Below, one piece after another: positions 34,694-48,977 of a stretch of DNA of 64,000 nt. The DNA is from Microthyrium microscopicum. Its lineage: Eukaryota. The first letter of the stretch is position 1. Every line of letters begins with the position of its first letter. The position numbers were made by a program, and so were the translations under genes. The stretch is taken from contig MU004236.1 of NCBI GenBank assembly GCA_010405405.1, positions 694,576-758,575 on the forward strand, in the 5' to 3' direction. The notes beneath the pieces are model-generated. The model made no database searches. It was not told the origin of the DNA and saw nothing but the letters and a program-made list of their open reading frames with translations.

Positions 34694-35621
34694 ATGTCTA
34701 ACAACGATTACTACGGAGGTCAAGGCCATAACAATGGTCCTCCTCAGCCATCCTACGACAACAATCAGAACCCCCCATACCATCAAGGCGGTTCGCCATA
34801 TCCTCCCGTAAGGCGTAATGCTATCAAATCTGTGTTTCACAAGCTAACAACTTCCCCAGACTCAACAAGGTGGTTATCCTCCACCAGCGCAGCATGGCGG
34901 CAACTACGGCCCGCCCGCGCCAACATATGGCGAACATAACCAACATAACCAGCAGACTCCCTATCCCCAAGGAGATGGTCCAATTCCTCAGCCGTCGTAT
35001 CCCGGTGAGCAGCGCGGCCGCGACAACTCATCATATCCGCAACATGGCGGCCAAGCCGTGCCTGGCATCAACGAGCCAGGCCAATATCCTCCAGGAGCAG
35101 AAGGTCCTGAGGGCGCTGAGGGAGAACGTGGATTTGGCACAAATATGATGGGCGCTGCAGCTGGTGGCATTCTAGGCCATAAGTTCGGTGGCCATGGACT
35201 CCTTGGTGCGGCGGGTGGTGCTATTGCGGGCCACTTACTCGGCAAACACAAGTATGTTATACTTACCTAGTCCTCCAAATAGTCAATATACTAATGTTCT
35301 TCCAGAGACGAGAAGAAGCATCGCAAGCACAGCAAAAGCCCATCAGGCAGAAGATACGATGACGACGACGGCCTCGCATACGGAGACGATCACTCTTCGT
35401 ACGGAGGATCGCACCATTCTGGCTCACACCACTCGAGCTCACATCATGCTTCTTCGTACGGTGGTGGATCAGCGGCTTTGGGCGGCTTGTATGCTGAGTC
35501 GCAGGGCAGTCATGGAAGCCATGGAAAGCACCATAAGCATCATAAGCACCATAGAAGCCATAGTCGGGGGGAGCATCGTAGCAGGAGTCGTGGAAAGGAC
35601 TCTTCGTCTGAATCTGACTGA
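34694..35621 (+). CDS. Gly/Pro/Gln/Tyr-rich protein with glycine zipper and His-rich tail (2 introns, ~34808-34859 and ~35252-35305)
   Basis: MSNNDYYGGQG.. low-complexity region; GERGFG..GAAAGGILGHKFGGHGLLGAAGGAIAGHLL glycine zipper; last exon ..HGKHHKHHKHHRSHSRG..SSSESD*. Confidence 0.75.
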
Positions 35622-36135
35622 TTGTTGTTGGTGTTCTTCTTTGCTATGATACTATGGGTTTGATGAGATATGTGGGAATATGATATATTGACAGGCAATA
35701 GGTACTGGATTGGAATGACTGATGACTATACTGATGTTATACCTACCTTATCAATTTCGAAATCGACTGCTTGTTTTACCATGTCCAGGTCTTATCTTTG
35801 ACTGCTTTGTAACAGGTAGGGTCGTAGCTAGACTCAGGAGAAGTCCCTCAGTCACTTCTAGAACCGTTAACTCGTCCTAGTTTCAGCCTCATATTTGAAA
35901 AGCACAAACCCAAATAACGCCCCATTGAAAGAATCCAATAACAACATGTATTATTCGGGCCGTGATAGACTAAATACCAGGCTTGGTTTAGTTTTAAACC
36001 CTGGGGACCATTCCTAGACTTCGCCATCACGCGCTTAAGAATGCCATTGTTGTCCATGGTCTCTTCAACTTCGACTGTTCTTTAGTTTGTTCGTCGTTCT
36101 TTTTCAGTTTATACGTTCTTTATACTACATTCGCT

Positions 36136-38464
36136 ATGCTATCACGTTCGCTACTGGGCATTTTCGCCTTGCCACTCATTTCTGCTGTTACTTTTGATAT
36201 TGACTCAGTCAACCCAAAACTCGCCAAACGTGCTCAAGTTTGTGAGTCTTCTGTGTGAATTTTGAAATCATCAAAGTGCCTGTTGGTGATTCTCTAAGTC
36301 ACTGTTCGGTCAGACTGCGGCAGGTTGAACTCTTGGGAGATCCATAGGCGTTGGCCAACAATGTACGTGCTATAATGATCATATACTGACAAGCTTCCAG
36401 GTGGCTCCAAAGGCTACGACAAAAGCACCAATGCTTATTTCGGGTCGACCACCGCTTCACTTAGGACTGCCAGTGCTTGTGGAGCTCACTGCCTAGCTGA
36501 CAGTAAATGCCAATCTTATGCTGTTGGCAGCAATAACTGTCTACATTATACCGTCGCAGTGTAGGTTCGGCGCATATTGGGGATGACTTGGGATAACTTT
36601 GCGATACGTGTTGACTGATAATAGGACGGGGAACTTGAATGCAAACACGGCAAGCCCCTATGCCTTCTACGACCGTAGCTGCGCTGGGAGCAGCGCCTCC
36701 AGCTCCATTTTTGTGACCTCGAGCTCACGCGCCGTGACGTCTATCCCAGCATCATCTTCATCTGTGCCAGCTTCCTCTTCTGCGCCAGCTTCTTCGTCTG
36801 CGCCAGTTTCTTCGTCGTCTGCGCCAGCTTCTTCATCATCAACTCCAGCATCTTCAGCATCATCTGCATTGTCGCAGCAGTCGTCGTCGGTCACTTCCAC
36901 TATCAGCAGCGCAGCTACATCTTCCCGCTCGACAGTATCAAGCTCAGCTTCAAGTGCACCGATTCCGACTTGCAACGCTGCTGGATATGACACAAATACT
37001 CCACAGTCTTTCAAAGATTCATCCAGCGCTGCGTACCGCAGTCTTGCTGGATGCTCCGGCTTTTGCAAGGCTACGAGTGGATGCGTAAGCTTTGCTTACA
37101 GTAGTTCCATTTGCTACTTGTACAACAAGCCTCTGGCCGCAAATTTCAAGGCCGATGCCAGTTCACCTTATCGCTTCTACGACCTTTCTTGCGTTACTGT
37201 ATCGTCCAGTAGCTCTTCATTCGTTACTTCCACGATCACTTCAAGCGCGACTTCTTCTGTGCTGTCTAGCTCTGCATCCAGTTCTGCCGTCGTGTCTAGC
37301 TCTGATATCGCAAGCTCGTCCTTCAGTTCAGGTAAGAACTCTACTTTCACAGTCACCCAGTCGTTTGTTCGACGGAGTCCTATGATGAGGTCGCGCGAAG
37401 TGGCTCCCATCGCGATACATGGCTTGCGCAAAACACTTCTATCATACGAGCCTTACTCTATCAAAACTTACCACTAACGGTTATAGATGTCTCAAGCACC
37501 GCTTCCTCTTCAGCAGTCTCCTCTTCTGCATCATCCTCATCTGATACTAGCAGTTCTGTTACTAGCTCAGCGGTGTCATCTAGCTCAGATGTGCCGTCTA
37601 GCTCATCTACTGTTGTTTCTTCCAGTAGTATAGTAAGCGCCACAGCCCCTACTTATACTGCAACCATTAGAGTCAAATCTACGGATGGCGCTAGCGACTA
37701 TGGATATCTGTTGCCCGCATCAGGCTCATTCTCACATATTGGATCATTCACCCAAGATCCGGCCGCGGCACTTCAAGTCAGGTTCGTCGTAGACACAACA
37801 ACCGGCTTAAGCACACAAGGAAATCTTGTAGCGCTGAATCCCGGCTCCAACACTGATATTCCAGACATTGGTGGCATTGTTGGCGTCAACAACGATAGCA
37901 ATGATCTCGGTCCAGGTAAGTCATCTCCCAGCTTAGTTTACTAGCTAAAAACGTACCTTTATATGATAGAAGCTAACAAATTCAGGTTCTGCCAAGTATG
38001 AAATGTAGATCCACGTGCATTAACACTCTTACTGATTATCTGTAGCTATCTTTTCCTGGGTCAATCAGCTGCCAGTAAGTGTTACCTGAGCTTCCCGACA
38101 CTTGTTCATTTAATTACATCTAACCTTGATTAGCGCCGGCAGGAAGTCCGCCAGCAGCAGTCCATAACTCCTATCCAACGGTGGAGGATAGCGAGACGTC
38201 TATGGTAAGTCATCCATTCTCTCCAATGTCATTAAACTTCACTCGAAATTGAGTACTGACAAAACAATCTAGTGGAGTGCAGATTCAGCAACCGGCGCTT
38301 TGACGCCCACTTGGATCAATACAAACGGCATTCATACTGTTACATCCTTGGTTCTCGTTCCTGGCAGTAGCGCCATCGTTTTGGTTGGCGACGTGGGAAT
38401 ATTCGAAGCTACCTACTCAACAGGCACACAAGTATCTTTCACTCTCACTAATATATCTTCGTAA
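36136..38464 (+). CDS. Secreted multi-exon protein with two PAN/apple-like Cys domains, Ser-rich linkers and a C-terminal beta-rich domain
   Basis: Signal MLSRSLLGIFALPLISA, KR site, two repeats of C..GYD..C...C.....C.S(F/Y)A.....C..Y......A...SPY.FYD.SC, ASSSAP repeats, several GT..AG introns, stop at 38462-38464. Confidence 0.7.
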
Positions 38465-38830
38465 ACGAGAAGAGACATAGTCACCTTGGTAAGCTTCCCT
38501 CTTATACAACCTCCCACCTTAATTCGTTGATGCTACGAGGGTCATCAACTTGTTTTTTGAGACGCACATCAGAATTCGTTCCCAATATTATGCCATGAGA
38601 TCTATGTCAAGAACGATTTAGCGCATTTGAATGTTGTCAATGCACATGATAGTGATTTCACACTGACCCTATTCAGATCCAACAAAGCCCGGCAGCTGTA
38701 CTGATATACCTGTCTTCAGGTGGCCCACTTCAGTATCGGAGCTGAATTGATCTGAAAAGTTCTTCCACGTTACTTGAAAACCCTCGAGTAGACTTTGGTT
38801 GTATTTGCATCTTTTGACTTCGTACAACAA

Positions 38831-40847
38831 TCATTTTGTCAATCGCTCATAAAACTTTTTAGTTCTCAATGGATGTGCCTCCGTGTTATACACCCACTTA
38901 TTTGTTCCTGTCCCACTAACATGCCACTCGCCGTCCCCATCATCGAAGATCAAGAACAGATACTTGAAAGTCTCGCTGAAAAGGAAGCTTTCCTGGTTAT
39001 CGCCATACCATCTCTGGTCGTCCGGCACATTGACATTTCGTAGATAACTATAGCCATTCTCCAGTCGAGTGCCTTTATCAATCGCAAGCCATGCATCCCA
39101 CGCCCAGTCGCGGTATTTCTGGTCTTTGGTTAGGCGGTATGCGTAGTAGTAGGACTCGAGAGTTTCAGGCCTCAGATTGTATGATGGCTCTGTGATCCAA
39201 ATGCCACTGGCATTATTCATAGCTTGGTCTTCGGGATTTTGGGGTCCATCGCAACTCCAGGTAGGAGCGACCTGCTGCTGTTGGCATTGATTTGGCTCCC
39301 ATTTGAACTGCTCTGGCCCGATTCCGGTTTTGGTGGAGGCGTATGTATGGTGACAACCATCGATGAGTCTCTACAATACGGTAAGTAAGAAGTGAGAGGG
39401 AACCGGATACACTACATGCTCCAATGGTCGCAGAGAGCACATGTCACGTATTGTGTTTAGGATTTGGAGACATACTAGGCCGAATTCCGTGTATCTGGTT
39501 TCGTTGAGAACCGTACCCCCGAGAATGAAGTTACCACCAGCAAAGCACTCCATGTGTCCAGACTCGGGAATGAAACCATTCTGTCCATATCTTCCGATAA
39601 AAGTAATATTGGGGAATTTCTTGGGGCTGGAAGCTAGATACCTAATCGTGGAATCTGCCGCTTGAACCCATCGGTCTCTGTAAAGCCCAAAGGATTTTGG
39701 ATCATAGACGAACATTTTGAGTAAGTACTCGTAAAAAGAATCGGCACTGCCACCCCAAGTGACTGTGCCTTTAAGAAAGGATCCGGAAGCGATATCAATT
39801 TCTGTAGGAACTAAACCAGGAAAGGATTCGGCCTTCTTTGGAGTAGGATTCATCAAAAAGCTTTGCGCAAGTTGTGTCAGGTTTGCATATGTTGAATTGC
39901 CCACGAGATTCGATAATATGGTCCATTCCAGAACCTGTAGTTCGTTAGCTTGGTCTCCAATTTATTGTCATATCTTCAGTAGTAGCAGACCAAAGAACCT
40001 GCGCCAGCTAGACTATTTTCCCCATTGCCTTGTAATGTTTTGGGGTCCAGCATGCCAGATGGTAAGTTCTTTCCCTCTCCAAATGCTTTTGACAGCAGAT
40101 CTGCCAGGTTCACTGCTTTCTCTAACAAAATATTCAGATTAAACCCGGCAGGAACCTAGGATCTGTCAGTATAACATTCGATTGAAACTGACGCGCCTAG
40201 AAAAACCCTTGGGTCTTTTCGTGGTGGAAGAGTAGAAAACCCATCCCATTCGGTGGGATTCATAGCACTTGACCAGGAACGCACGCTATGGTAGCCATTG
40301 AGTGCGATAGGAGATGTGATTGCTTGGCTCTATCATATGTCACGAAGAAATGTGATTTGATATGGGTGAATCATACCGATCGTTGGAATGGGCCACTCAA
40401 GAGCTCATAGGCTGACAGTAACCCGCCGATATATCGAATCGTACTTTCAAACACCGAGATTGAGGTGTTGGTGTGAGTGAAGTCTGTCTGCGCAACATGC
40501 TCCAAGACAATATTGATTATATTCTTCTTGTCCATCAGAACTGCTGTTCCCAGCGCATCAACCGCCGTAGCGCCCCAGTCATTGCGACTGGTTCCAGGTG
40601 TGTTCGACACCGGCTTCAGCTCATCGTGAGGGAAAGCAAGCTTGTAGTATCCGTCCCAGGCAAAATCGAAAGCGGCTTTGATGGCGTCTGAGCGTTCCAG
40701 CGTGGAAGAGGGGGCTGTGGGAGGTTGATCCAGAGGTTGTTGGCTTGGGGTGATGATGTTGACGAATAGCACAACTATGAATATGCCGATTATGGGGAAT
40801 GAGAGAGGGACAACGCGTTCAGGAGGCCATCGTCTACTCCAGCGCAT
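38831..40847 (-). CDS. Class I alpha-1,2-mannosidase (GH47), multi-exon
   Basis: N-terminal TM; AF.FAWDGY..AFPHDELKP, WGATAVDAL, SVFESTIRYIGGLLSAY, VLEW, DSFYEYLLK, H..CFAGG, LRPETLES, QESFLFSETFKY, NTEAHPL. Confidence 0.95.
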
Positions 40848-41657
40848 CAATCGGCCCTCAGTCATCTCGAGCACTTAGTCGGCATTGGCTCTTGGGGCTT
40901 GAAGAGGTTGAGTATGAGGCTTACGAATTACAACTGAACCAGCCGCTGAAGCTCAATTTGCGATTCAGAGGTCGCTAACCGCGTCAGTTTGTGTTACTGA
41001 ATTTCAGGCAATCACATCCTTGCTATCAGACGGGTAGCCTGTCGATCCTGGATCCTGATCCTTCGCTGCTCCTAGGCGCCAAAATTGAAGTATTTCTGGG
41101 AAGGAGTGAACGATCAATGGCAAACTGCAATGGTGAACTTGCATTGAGTGCGACGCCTTTGAACCAGTGCGCTGTCCGCCATCTTATTCGAATGGGACCT
41201 TTTAATGATGCCAATAAACCATCAAGTCCCCAATCAGGCCCTGGCTTATGAAATGTGCTATTAATATCTACTCCATGGCCCGAAGTTCGAACATCTTTGA
41301 TCCTGGTAGTTGATCGTAAGCAACATTTGTATTCTAGAAAGCTGCAGTTCTACACTTCCAAATCTATCTTTAATGTCATTAGATTGCTTTGCAACAGGTG
41401 GACAAAATAAGTGGCATACTCACATCAAGTACGGTGTCTACCACCACCCCTTCCAAGAAGCATGTACTTTGATTCCAATCGTGTTCGATCAACCGTTCAG
41501 AAACGATCACCTTCTTTGATAGCACATGGGAGCCAGCGAAGTTGATGGGGCTAAGCCATTAATTTTTTCTATCCATTGTTTCAGTAGCATCTTGTACTAC
41601 ACTCCCTTCTATCAATTTTTCTTTCAGTTGCTCAAGTTGGTATTGAGGTCCAGCTTC

Positions 41658-44039
41658 CTACCTGGTAGGAGCAAAGACCTCAGGAGCGCCATCCTTTTGT
41701 GCTTCTCTCTGGATTCTCTTCTTCTTTTTCTTTTCATATGACTCTCTCAATACATTTCTAACGGTATTCTCGCCATCTCGCAGATTGGCAATGCATACTT
41801 TAACCAACGTCTCCACTTGCTCTGCCGTCCAAACGAGGTTATAACTCCCCGAGAATTTGGCTGTACTTGGATCAAACCCTGGTACTTCTCGTTCATTAGG
41901 CAAGAGTGGTAGATACAACATTGAGCATTCGTGGTGAGAAATGGGCGCTGGTGGGTTTTGGACCGTGTGGCCATAAGAATCAACAATAGTATCTGGTCGT
42001 GGACAGACAGTTCCATCATATATCTGCGCATAACATCCATCGAAGCGATTTGGGTCTCTTGCGTTTGAGCCAGCTTTGATGTTTGGATGTCTTTTAGTGA
42101 ATTTCAGACCTCGACGTGAACCAATTTGATCGACACGTTCTTGAAATGTATCCTTAAGAACATCGCTAGATGCATCCATATTAATGATAACATCAACTTC
42201 TCGAGAAGGATGGAGCATCACATATGTCGGACAATTATTATCCATTCCACTATCGATCAGCTGTATTCGAGGAGAGCGCTCAATGCCTGCAGGTCGGTCT
42301 CCATTCTTGTCTGCATATGTATAGTGAAACAGGGGATTATGTTCATCGCAAGCGTGTAGTGGATGGTGTTGTTGGAATTCCTCTTTCTTCTCAGCGCCCC
42401 ACATGTTCGCAATGCGATGCGATATGTCGTGAATAGCATCTGCAATGAATCCTGCTGGTAAGGAACGCTTGATGGTGGCCAAATAGGAAGTCAATGGTCC
42501 CGCTGGCGCACTTGTACAAAGCCCGAGAAGTAGAGCCAGCGATTGTTCTGGTAGTTGCATGACGGAACGGCCGCCTCTGAATGGACGTCCGAATCCCCAG
42601 ATAGGCACCCAGGCTGAGAGCTCATCGCAGCCTACTTCAAAGGGCGTCATTTCGAACCACTGGAACCATGCATTTCTAGCAGAAGCATGTTGTTCAGCGG
42701 TTGAATCGCATGGTTTGAAAGGGCACTTTTCAGATTCCCAGTCCTTCCAGGGACGTTCGTGTCGTATTGCTGTCAAGATGGGAAGTGGTTCAGCACCGCC
42801 GTTAAGGTACTTCATGGCTTTCGACCATTTGTACCAATTTGGGTGGTGACCGGCTACTTCGGCAAGTGAGGCTTTATTTGGGCCTCCTGGTATGAGCATT
42901 GGATCGTTTAGAAACAAGTAATTTGTCGTAAAAAGAGAATACAAATCCATTGCCACGTTCTCTAATCCACTGGCTTTCTTCTGAACTAGTGGTCCCAAGG
43001 TAGAGTAAGGACCTTCTGGAGAGTTGAGCAGGATTCTGATGGCATCTGGCGAAAGAGGATGATGAGGAGATAGTCTCTTTTTGCAGTGATCAATGACTTT
43101 CTTCATACTAGCTTCGCCAATGGTATAGTATGCCGCGATGGCCCAGCAAGAACCACTTACTCCAGCTGCATACGTGAGAGTGTCCTAATTGTCTTGTTAA
43201 TCAGGTACCTTAGGACATATCATGCCGATGTCCGAATGGATTTATGTGGTGTACTCACCCATAATCCAAATTGCTTCATCCCATCGCTGTATGCCAAAAA
43301 GCCAATCATGGCTCGGTACCCTCCACCACTTCCACCAAAAGCCACGATGGGAACGTCATCTGGATGAACTTCGCAGGGATCCAAACCGACATATTTCGCA
43401 AAGAAATCCTTTATCTTCCACCTTCGGTCGGACAAATATTCGCGCTCTTCCACACAAAGCTCAATCCCTCTACGGACTTCTGCGGTTTGTGATATTTCTG
43501 GATATTTGCTCGGGTCCTGAATATCTCTTTTGACAATCTCCTCGATTGACATCGCGCTCTTGATCATCGAAAACTCTGGCTTCACAACGTCCTGCCAGAA
43601 GCCTTTCACTTTACCTCTCACTGAACCTTCCCGTGATGAGCCATATTCATCTATAACTTGACCGGGCGGTGCGACAAAGCTGGAAGGATTCGTCTCGAGA
43701 TTTTCACTGCCATCGGGATAGTGCTGCATATGAATCTGCCGCTCATGCTCCTGTTGCTCAGAGGTCTCGGACCTCCGCATTCTGTAATAAACTATTAGCT
43801 GTCAGAATCCGCTTAATTCGACAACATCTTTTACTCACATTTGAGGATGGAAGCTGTAATCCATATTCGATCTAGAAGCTTTCCTCCAAGGACCATTCCT
43901 GCATAGGAAAGGGCGAGAGATTAACTGTGCACAAATCTTGCATTAATTGCCATCTATTCAAGTTTTGGTGATATCGTACAAGCGGCTGACTTTCTACAGC
44001 GTTGTGATTACTCGCGAACTTCGACCACAGGTCATTCAT
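41658..44039 (-). CDS. Cytosolic phospholipase A2 / lysophospholipase-like protein; 5' exons uncertain
   Basis: GSGGGYRAM oxyanion motif, AGVSGSCW nucleophile, WFEMTPFEVG, LIDSG catalytic Asp, R.VDVII.MDAS. Start MNDLWSKF at 44039 is tentative. Confidence 0.85.
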
Positions 44040-44453
44040 GCCAAATTGGTTTGTACTGTTGATAACATGATGCCTGAAAAGTGTGATTAGCAGGGTGTTG
44101 GCGCGTTGAGCTGGGTCTGTACAGTATTACTTGTGTTAATATTGGCGAATCGGGCTCTCCATATTACCACGTGCAAGCAACCAACAACGAGTAGGGTGTA
44201 ATTATGTACCTTCTTGACTGCTCAGTGAGACCTAGCGCAGTAGTTGCAAATATATCATTGCAGGTATCCTAGTCCATGGTAGCAGCACGGGAATGGACTA
44301 GTAGAAAATGGAACACTTGATATTTCTGCCTCCGCTATGAAAGTTCTTGTTCTGTATCGTTCATGGACTCATTAGTTGAAAGATTTGTAAGGGTATCTAC
44401 CTCCTTGATTTGAATATCTGCTAGCAATCTTAGCTTTTGAAGATCGGACTGTC

Positions 44454-46853
44454 TTATGTTTGATGTGTTGTGGCTGCAATTGCTTGAGCCCCAGCCTTAT
44501 CATCACTCAAAGAAACTTCGGCCATCCCATCGTCTTTCTTGGCCGCAAGCTTGTCTGTTGTCGGTGGGATTTCGGCCAAGGCTGCCTTTTTGGCAACAGG
44601 TTTGTCATCACCCAGAGAGATTTCAATCATGCCATCTTTGCTGGGAGTAACCTCTTCCTTCTTTGGAAGCATCACCTCTTGCTTCGTAGGCTCCTCCTCT
44701 TTCTTTGTTGCTGGTGGTATAGCCTCAGAGGTCGCGGTGGGAGTTGCTTCCGTTGTATGAGGCTTTTCTGGTGTACTATCATACTGTGATGTTGATTCTT
44801 GAGAGAGCTTAGGGGAAGGATGCGATGTCGGCGTTGAGAATGCATTGCTCTTGCTATCAAACCCTAATGTAGGCGATGGCGGAGTTGAGCTGGCAGGAGA
44901 CTTGTTTCCCCAGCCAGTACGTCGCTTCTCAGCTGCCCATGAGCCCCATGACGAAAAATATGCGCCCGCGCGCTGGCCAGCGGCTTGCACGGTAGCCTGA
45001 GCTTGAGAAAAGTCGGGAGCTTTGGGAACTGAAGCTGGGTTAGTAGACTGAATGGATGCATCTCTGGTGGGTGGTCACTCACGTTTGATTGCCGATTTGT
45101 CGTTGCTCGGCGAACCTGAGCCGTTGGCAGGCGGAATAGCAGCAACAAGCCGCTGCTCTGCGGCGCGTTTGCGCTGTGCTTCCCGCATGACCTCGATATC
45201 GGCCCAAAGACTGTTGAATGCAGTTGATACCTTCTTCTGCCCTGACGCCAGATGTTTTCCGATAACTTCACGACTTGACTGTAACCTTTCATCGAGGTGA
45301 AGCTCAGCAACTTGTTGGGCAAGCCTACGTTGCACGTCTTCAATAGAAAGACCTCCACTACAGGGATGATTTGGCTCCACTATGTCAAAGATGTGGGAGT
45401 CTGTGTATTTATTAAAGATTCGGAAGTTCTCGGTCTGCATCCAGGCTTTGATCCAATCGGGGCCGAATTCGTTGACAGGCTCTCCTTCGACTTCAATAAT
45501 TGCTTGCTTGTTATCACTCCTTTTGCTTTCGGTATATAGCTTGTACTTGACAGCAGATAGCAGAGCAAGTAGATACTCCTCAAATTGGAGTCTGATGAAT
45601 TCCTCACTCCCAGCATATCCAAGAGTTTTCGGCCGCCCTGGATTATCATCGTCCCAAGTGTCATTAACAGTTGCGGTAAGGAAATCTATCCAGCGGCGAT
45701 CCGGCGTTGTAAGAACCAATTGTTGACGTAATGGTTGGGAGGATATAATAATTGTATCCTCATCAAGATTGACCAGAATATCGCTATATCTGTCCTTCTG
45801 CGCTAGAAGGAGAGAGTTGGTAGATCCGACGACATAAGATTTCGTCTCGTGATCCGCCAGCATGTCTAGTTGCTGTAAAGGCGTATATGGGCCAAAAAAG
45901 CTGCCTTTCCCAAACACTTGTAAGGGCAGCCCAACATACGCTAACAAGGAAGAACGTTCGCTTGTCCTCAGCGAAGTGGGCATTTCCATACTATCTGTCA
46001 AGGCATGAAATTGAGGATCTGCACAATCTTGAAGCTTGCGAATCAAGCCAGGTATCAACGATATGAGTGAAAATTGCATCATGCATAATCGTTCGCAGTG
46101 AGATCCGAAAAAAAGCATCTGTTCATCGTTAGGAACCAGGCACTGCGGTATCACGCGTCTCCTACCTTTGGTTCCAAAAGAAGGGCCTTGAACAACACCA
46201 GTGTCTGAAACTTGAATTCGTGTATCATTTCCCGCAATGACATGCCAAAAAACTGGTCTTTCTCTTCCTCCAGATCCTTGAAGCTTTTCGCCAGACTTTC
46301 CTGGAAGTCTTGGAGTATGACGATATCGGTGAAATCTTTTTGCGCAAACCAAGCCTTTGTCACGATAGACAGCTTTTCTCGTAACGCTCCAAAGTGTTGT
46401 GGGCTATCAGATATCACCACCACTGCCTTCTGAACTGTGGAACGAGTGACATCGGCCGGCCGATTGATAAGGGTAGATGCATCTAGCTGCCGCGAACAGG
46501 CGATGCCGAATAGGGAAGTCGCAGAGACTTGATCGGATGAGGCTTTGCGCAATGTAAAGTATGAGAAATCTTCGATGCTTCTAAGCGCAATGGTAAGCAT
46601 GTGCTTCTCTCAGATATGGCAATATGTGACGAACGAGTGTGCACCATCAGAGAGGGCGAGAAAGGGAAGAAGGGACCAGTCATTATCGAGGGCGGGATCG
46701 CTTCCCTCGTCGACGCCTATCCAGGTTTCAACTTCTGGACCTCTAGAGATCAGTTAGTGGCATCACTTGGAATGATATGAGGCGGATTACTTACCTTGCA
46801 TGGTGAAATGCCACCACGCAGACAATAGGATTGAAGGGGGAGCTAGAGGCCAT
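44454..46853 (-). CDS. AVL9: Late secretory pathway protein Avl9 (DENN-like), multi-exon
   Basis: VCVVAFHHARGPEVE, LPFLALSDGAH, LFGIACSRQ, VTRSTVQKAVVV, FGPYTPLQQLD, GSEEFIRLQFEEY. Confidence 0.93.
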
Positions 46854-47216
46854 TATAAAATAGAAGAGCCACTATGGGCACTATAAGATCAGATTCTACG
46901 ACATGCTGTGAGGCAGCGGAAGGAACATTTTCTGCAGTCCGAGGATGTAGAAAGTTCAAAGTTGAAGGAGTTCGGTTCTCAGGGGTCAGAGTGGTGGGGC
47001 GATCCTACCAACCTTGGTTCACGCCTTCTGAGTCTACTAGAGTAGCTTCTGAAGGCTTAATTATGATTTTTGCTGCAAAGCCCAGAGTCATTCTTAAAGA
47101 ACAAAATCTCAATTGACACTGACAGTGTTTGAATACAGAGGGTCGAAAGTCTCTTCCGCTCTCAGTTCTGAATATTCCTGTCGTTTACCCCCTCCTGCAC
47201 GGCACCACTGATCACC

Positions 47217-48366
47217 ATGGCCAACTCAATGTATTTTCATGACAGTCATATCTACTTTTTACCTTACTCATACGATATGCAGGTATGAATATGTTCGGCT
47301 TTTTGAGCAACCAGATGTTCTTCTTCCGAATACCTGGATTGTAGTCAGAATTGACGGACGTGGATTCCACAAGTATTTACGCCGAATTCTTTCCATACAC
47401 ACTAACTAATGAAGCAATTAGATTCTCTGCAAAGCACGAATTTGAAAAGCCCAATGATAGAAGAGCTCTGGATCTGATGAATGCTGCCGCGGTTTCAACA
47501 ATGACAGAAATCTATGATATCGTTCTAGCATACGGCATCAGTGACGAATATAGCTTCGTTCTACATAAAAACTGCACTCTTTTCGAGAGAAGATCTTGGT
47601 AGCTAACCTAGTGTCTAACAGTGCAAATAAGCTGACTATATGGTAGTAAACTTGTCACAACAATTGTGTCCACCTTTACAGCCTATTATATCCAGCTATG
47701 GTCAACTTTCTTCCCGACCAAAACCTTAAGCGCGCCGTTACCAACTTTTGACGGGCGAGCCGTATGTTATCCAAGCGACCAGAACTTGAGAGATTACATG
47801 TCCTGGAGACAAGTGGATTGTATGTATTGCCATCAAATCACTTCCTAGAGTGCTCACCGGAGATAGGTCATATTAACAACCTCTATAATACTACTTTTTG
47901 GGCATTAGTTCAGAAGGGTGGGATGTCTGCGGGCGATGCTACTCAAGCACTTTCGGTAGGTCATTACAGAATACTCCCAAATCAAGACTCACATCACAGG
48001 GCACCCTATCATCAGACAAGAATGAAATTCTCTGGTCTAAATACGGCATCAATTATAACAATGAATCTGAGATGTTCAAAAAAGGAAGTATCCTATATCG
48101 TGATGTTAGTATTATAGGTCGATTGTATCATGATCATTGCTGAATAGTAGTAGTTTGAGCTTGCTTCCGAATCACAAGATCCGCCAACAACAGAGGACGC
48201 CGGTGTCGAAAAGCCGGTTTCTAAGACAGCAGCAACTAGAGACCGAAAAGCCAAAACCAAAGCAGGAGTGACTATCCAGTATGTTGATATGATTCAAAGC
48301 CTCTTTTGGGATTTGAGACCATGGATTTTATCAGGTAAAGCGGGGAAACCGAGAGAAACGATATAA
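47217..48366 (+). CDS. THG1: tRNA-His guanylyltransferase, multi-exon
   Basis: [87 protein letters not shown]. Confidence 0.95.
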
Positions 48367-48977
48367 GACGCATTCATGCCAGACCCGATGAAGGTCACTC
48401 CATCAGGGAACCAGGTAGCAATGAGCATTTACTCAGCCTGTGCAGATGTCAAAAGGCGCTCTTCTCCATTATGACCAGCAGTGGCACGACAAACAGATGA
48501 CTCCTTCATTAAAGGTGAGGCGGCATCTGAAGTTGCACCACGGGTACTGTGGCGCCGTGCGACCTGGAGTGGATCTTCGTGGACTTTCGGTCTATAATAC
48601 GACGTTTGATGCATAGAATGATGAAGCTGCGAAGAGCTGGTGAAATAAAAAAAGGAATGCCTCTTGAAGTGGCAGAGAAAGTGATCAGATCTACTAGCCA
48701 ATCAGGATTCACGATGCAATCATCGCGTGGCTCCGGCCAACTACACCTGATCGACACCCGTGGACGCTATCTTATCCTATCTCTATTCCAACTTCAGCTC
48801 TCCACACACAATCCGGCGATGACCTCTACATAGCACAGTCGTACTTGCGACTGGTAATTCAGTAGCCAGAAAGAACCGCAACCCACGACTCACGAGCCGC
48901 AAAGCGCGATCCGGACCTAGCCCTGCCACTTCACCCACGTTAAGCATCAACTCCAGCCTAGCTTAGGCCATATCAAA

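Noticed and set aside
36745..36870. Tandem tctgcgccagcttcttcg repeats as an independent minisatellite
   Set aside because: They encode the ASSSAP linker of the secreted PAN-like protein.
39990..40030. Apparent frameshift in the GH47 gene
   Set aside because: On recount the frame is continuous (GNGENSLAGAGSL) up to an intron; the breaks in the ORF track are introns.
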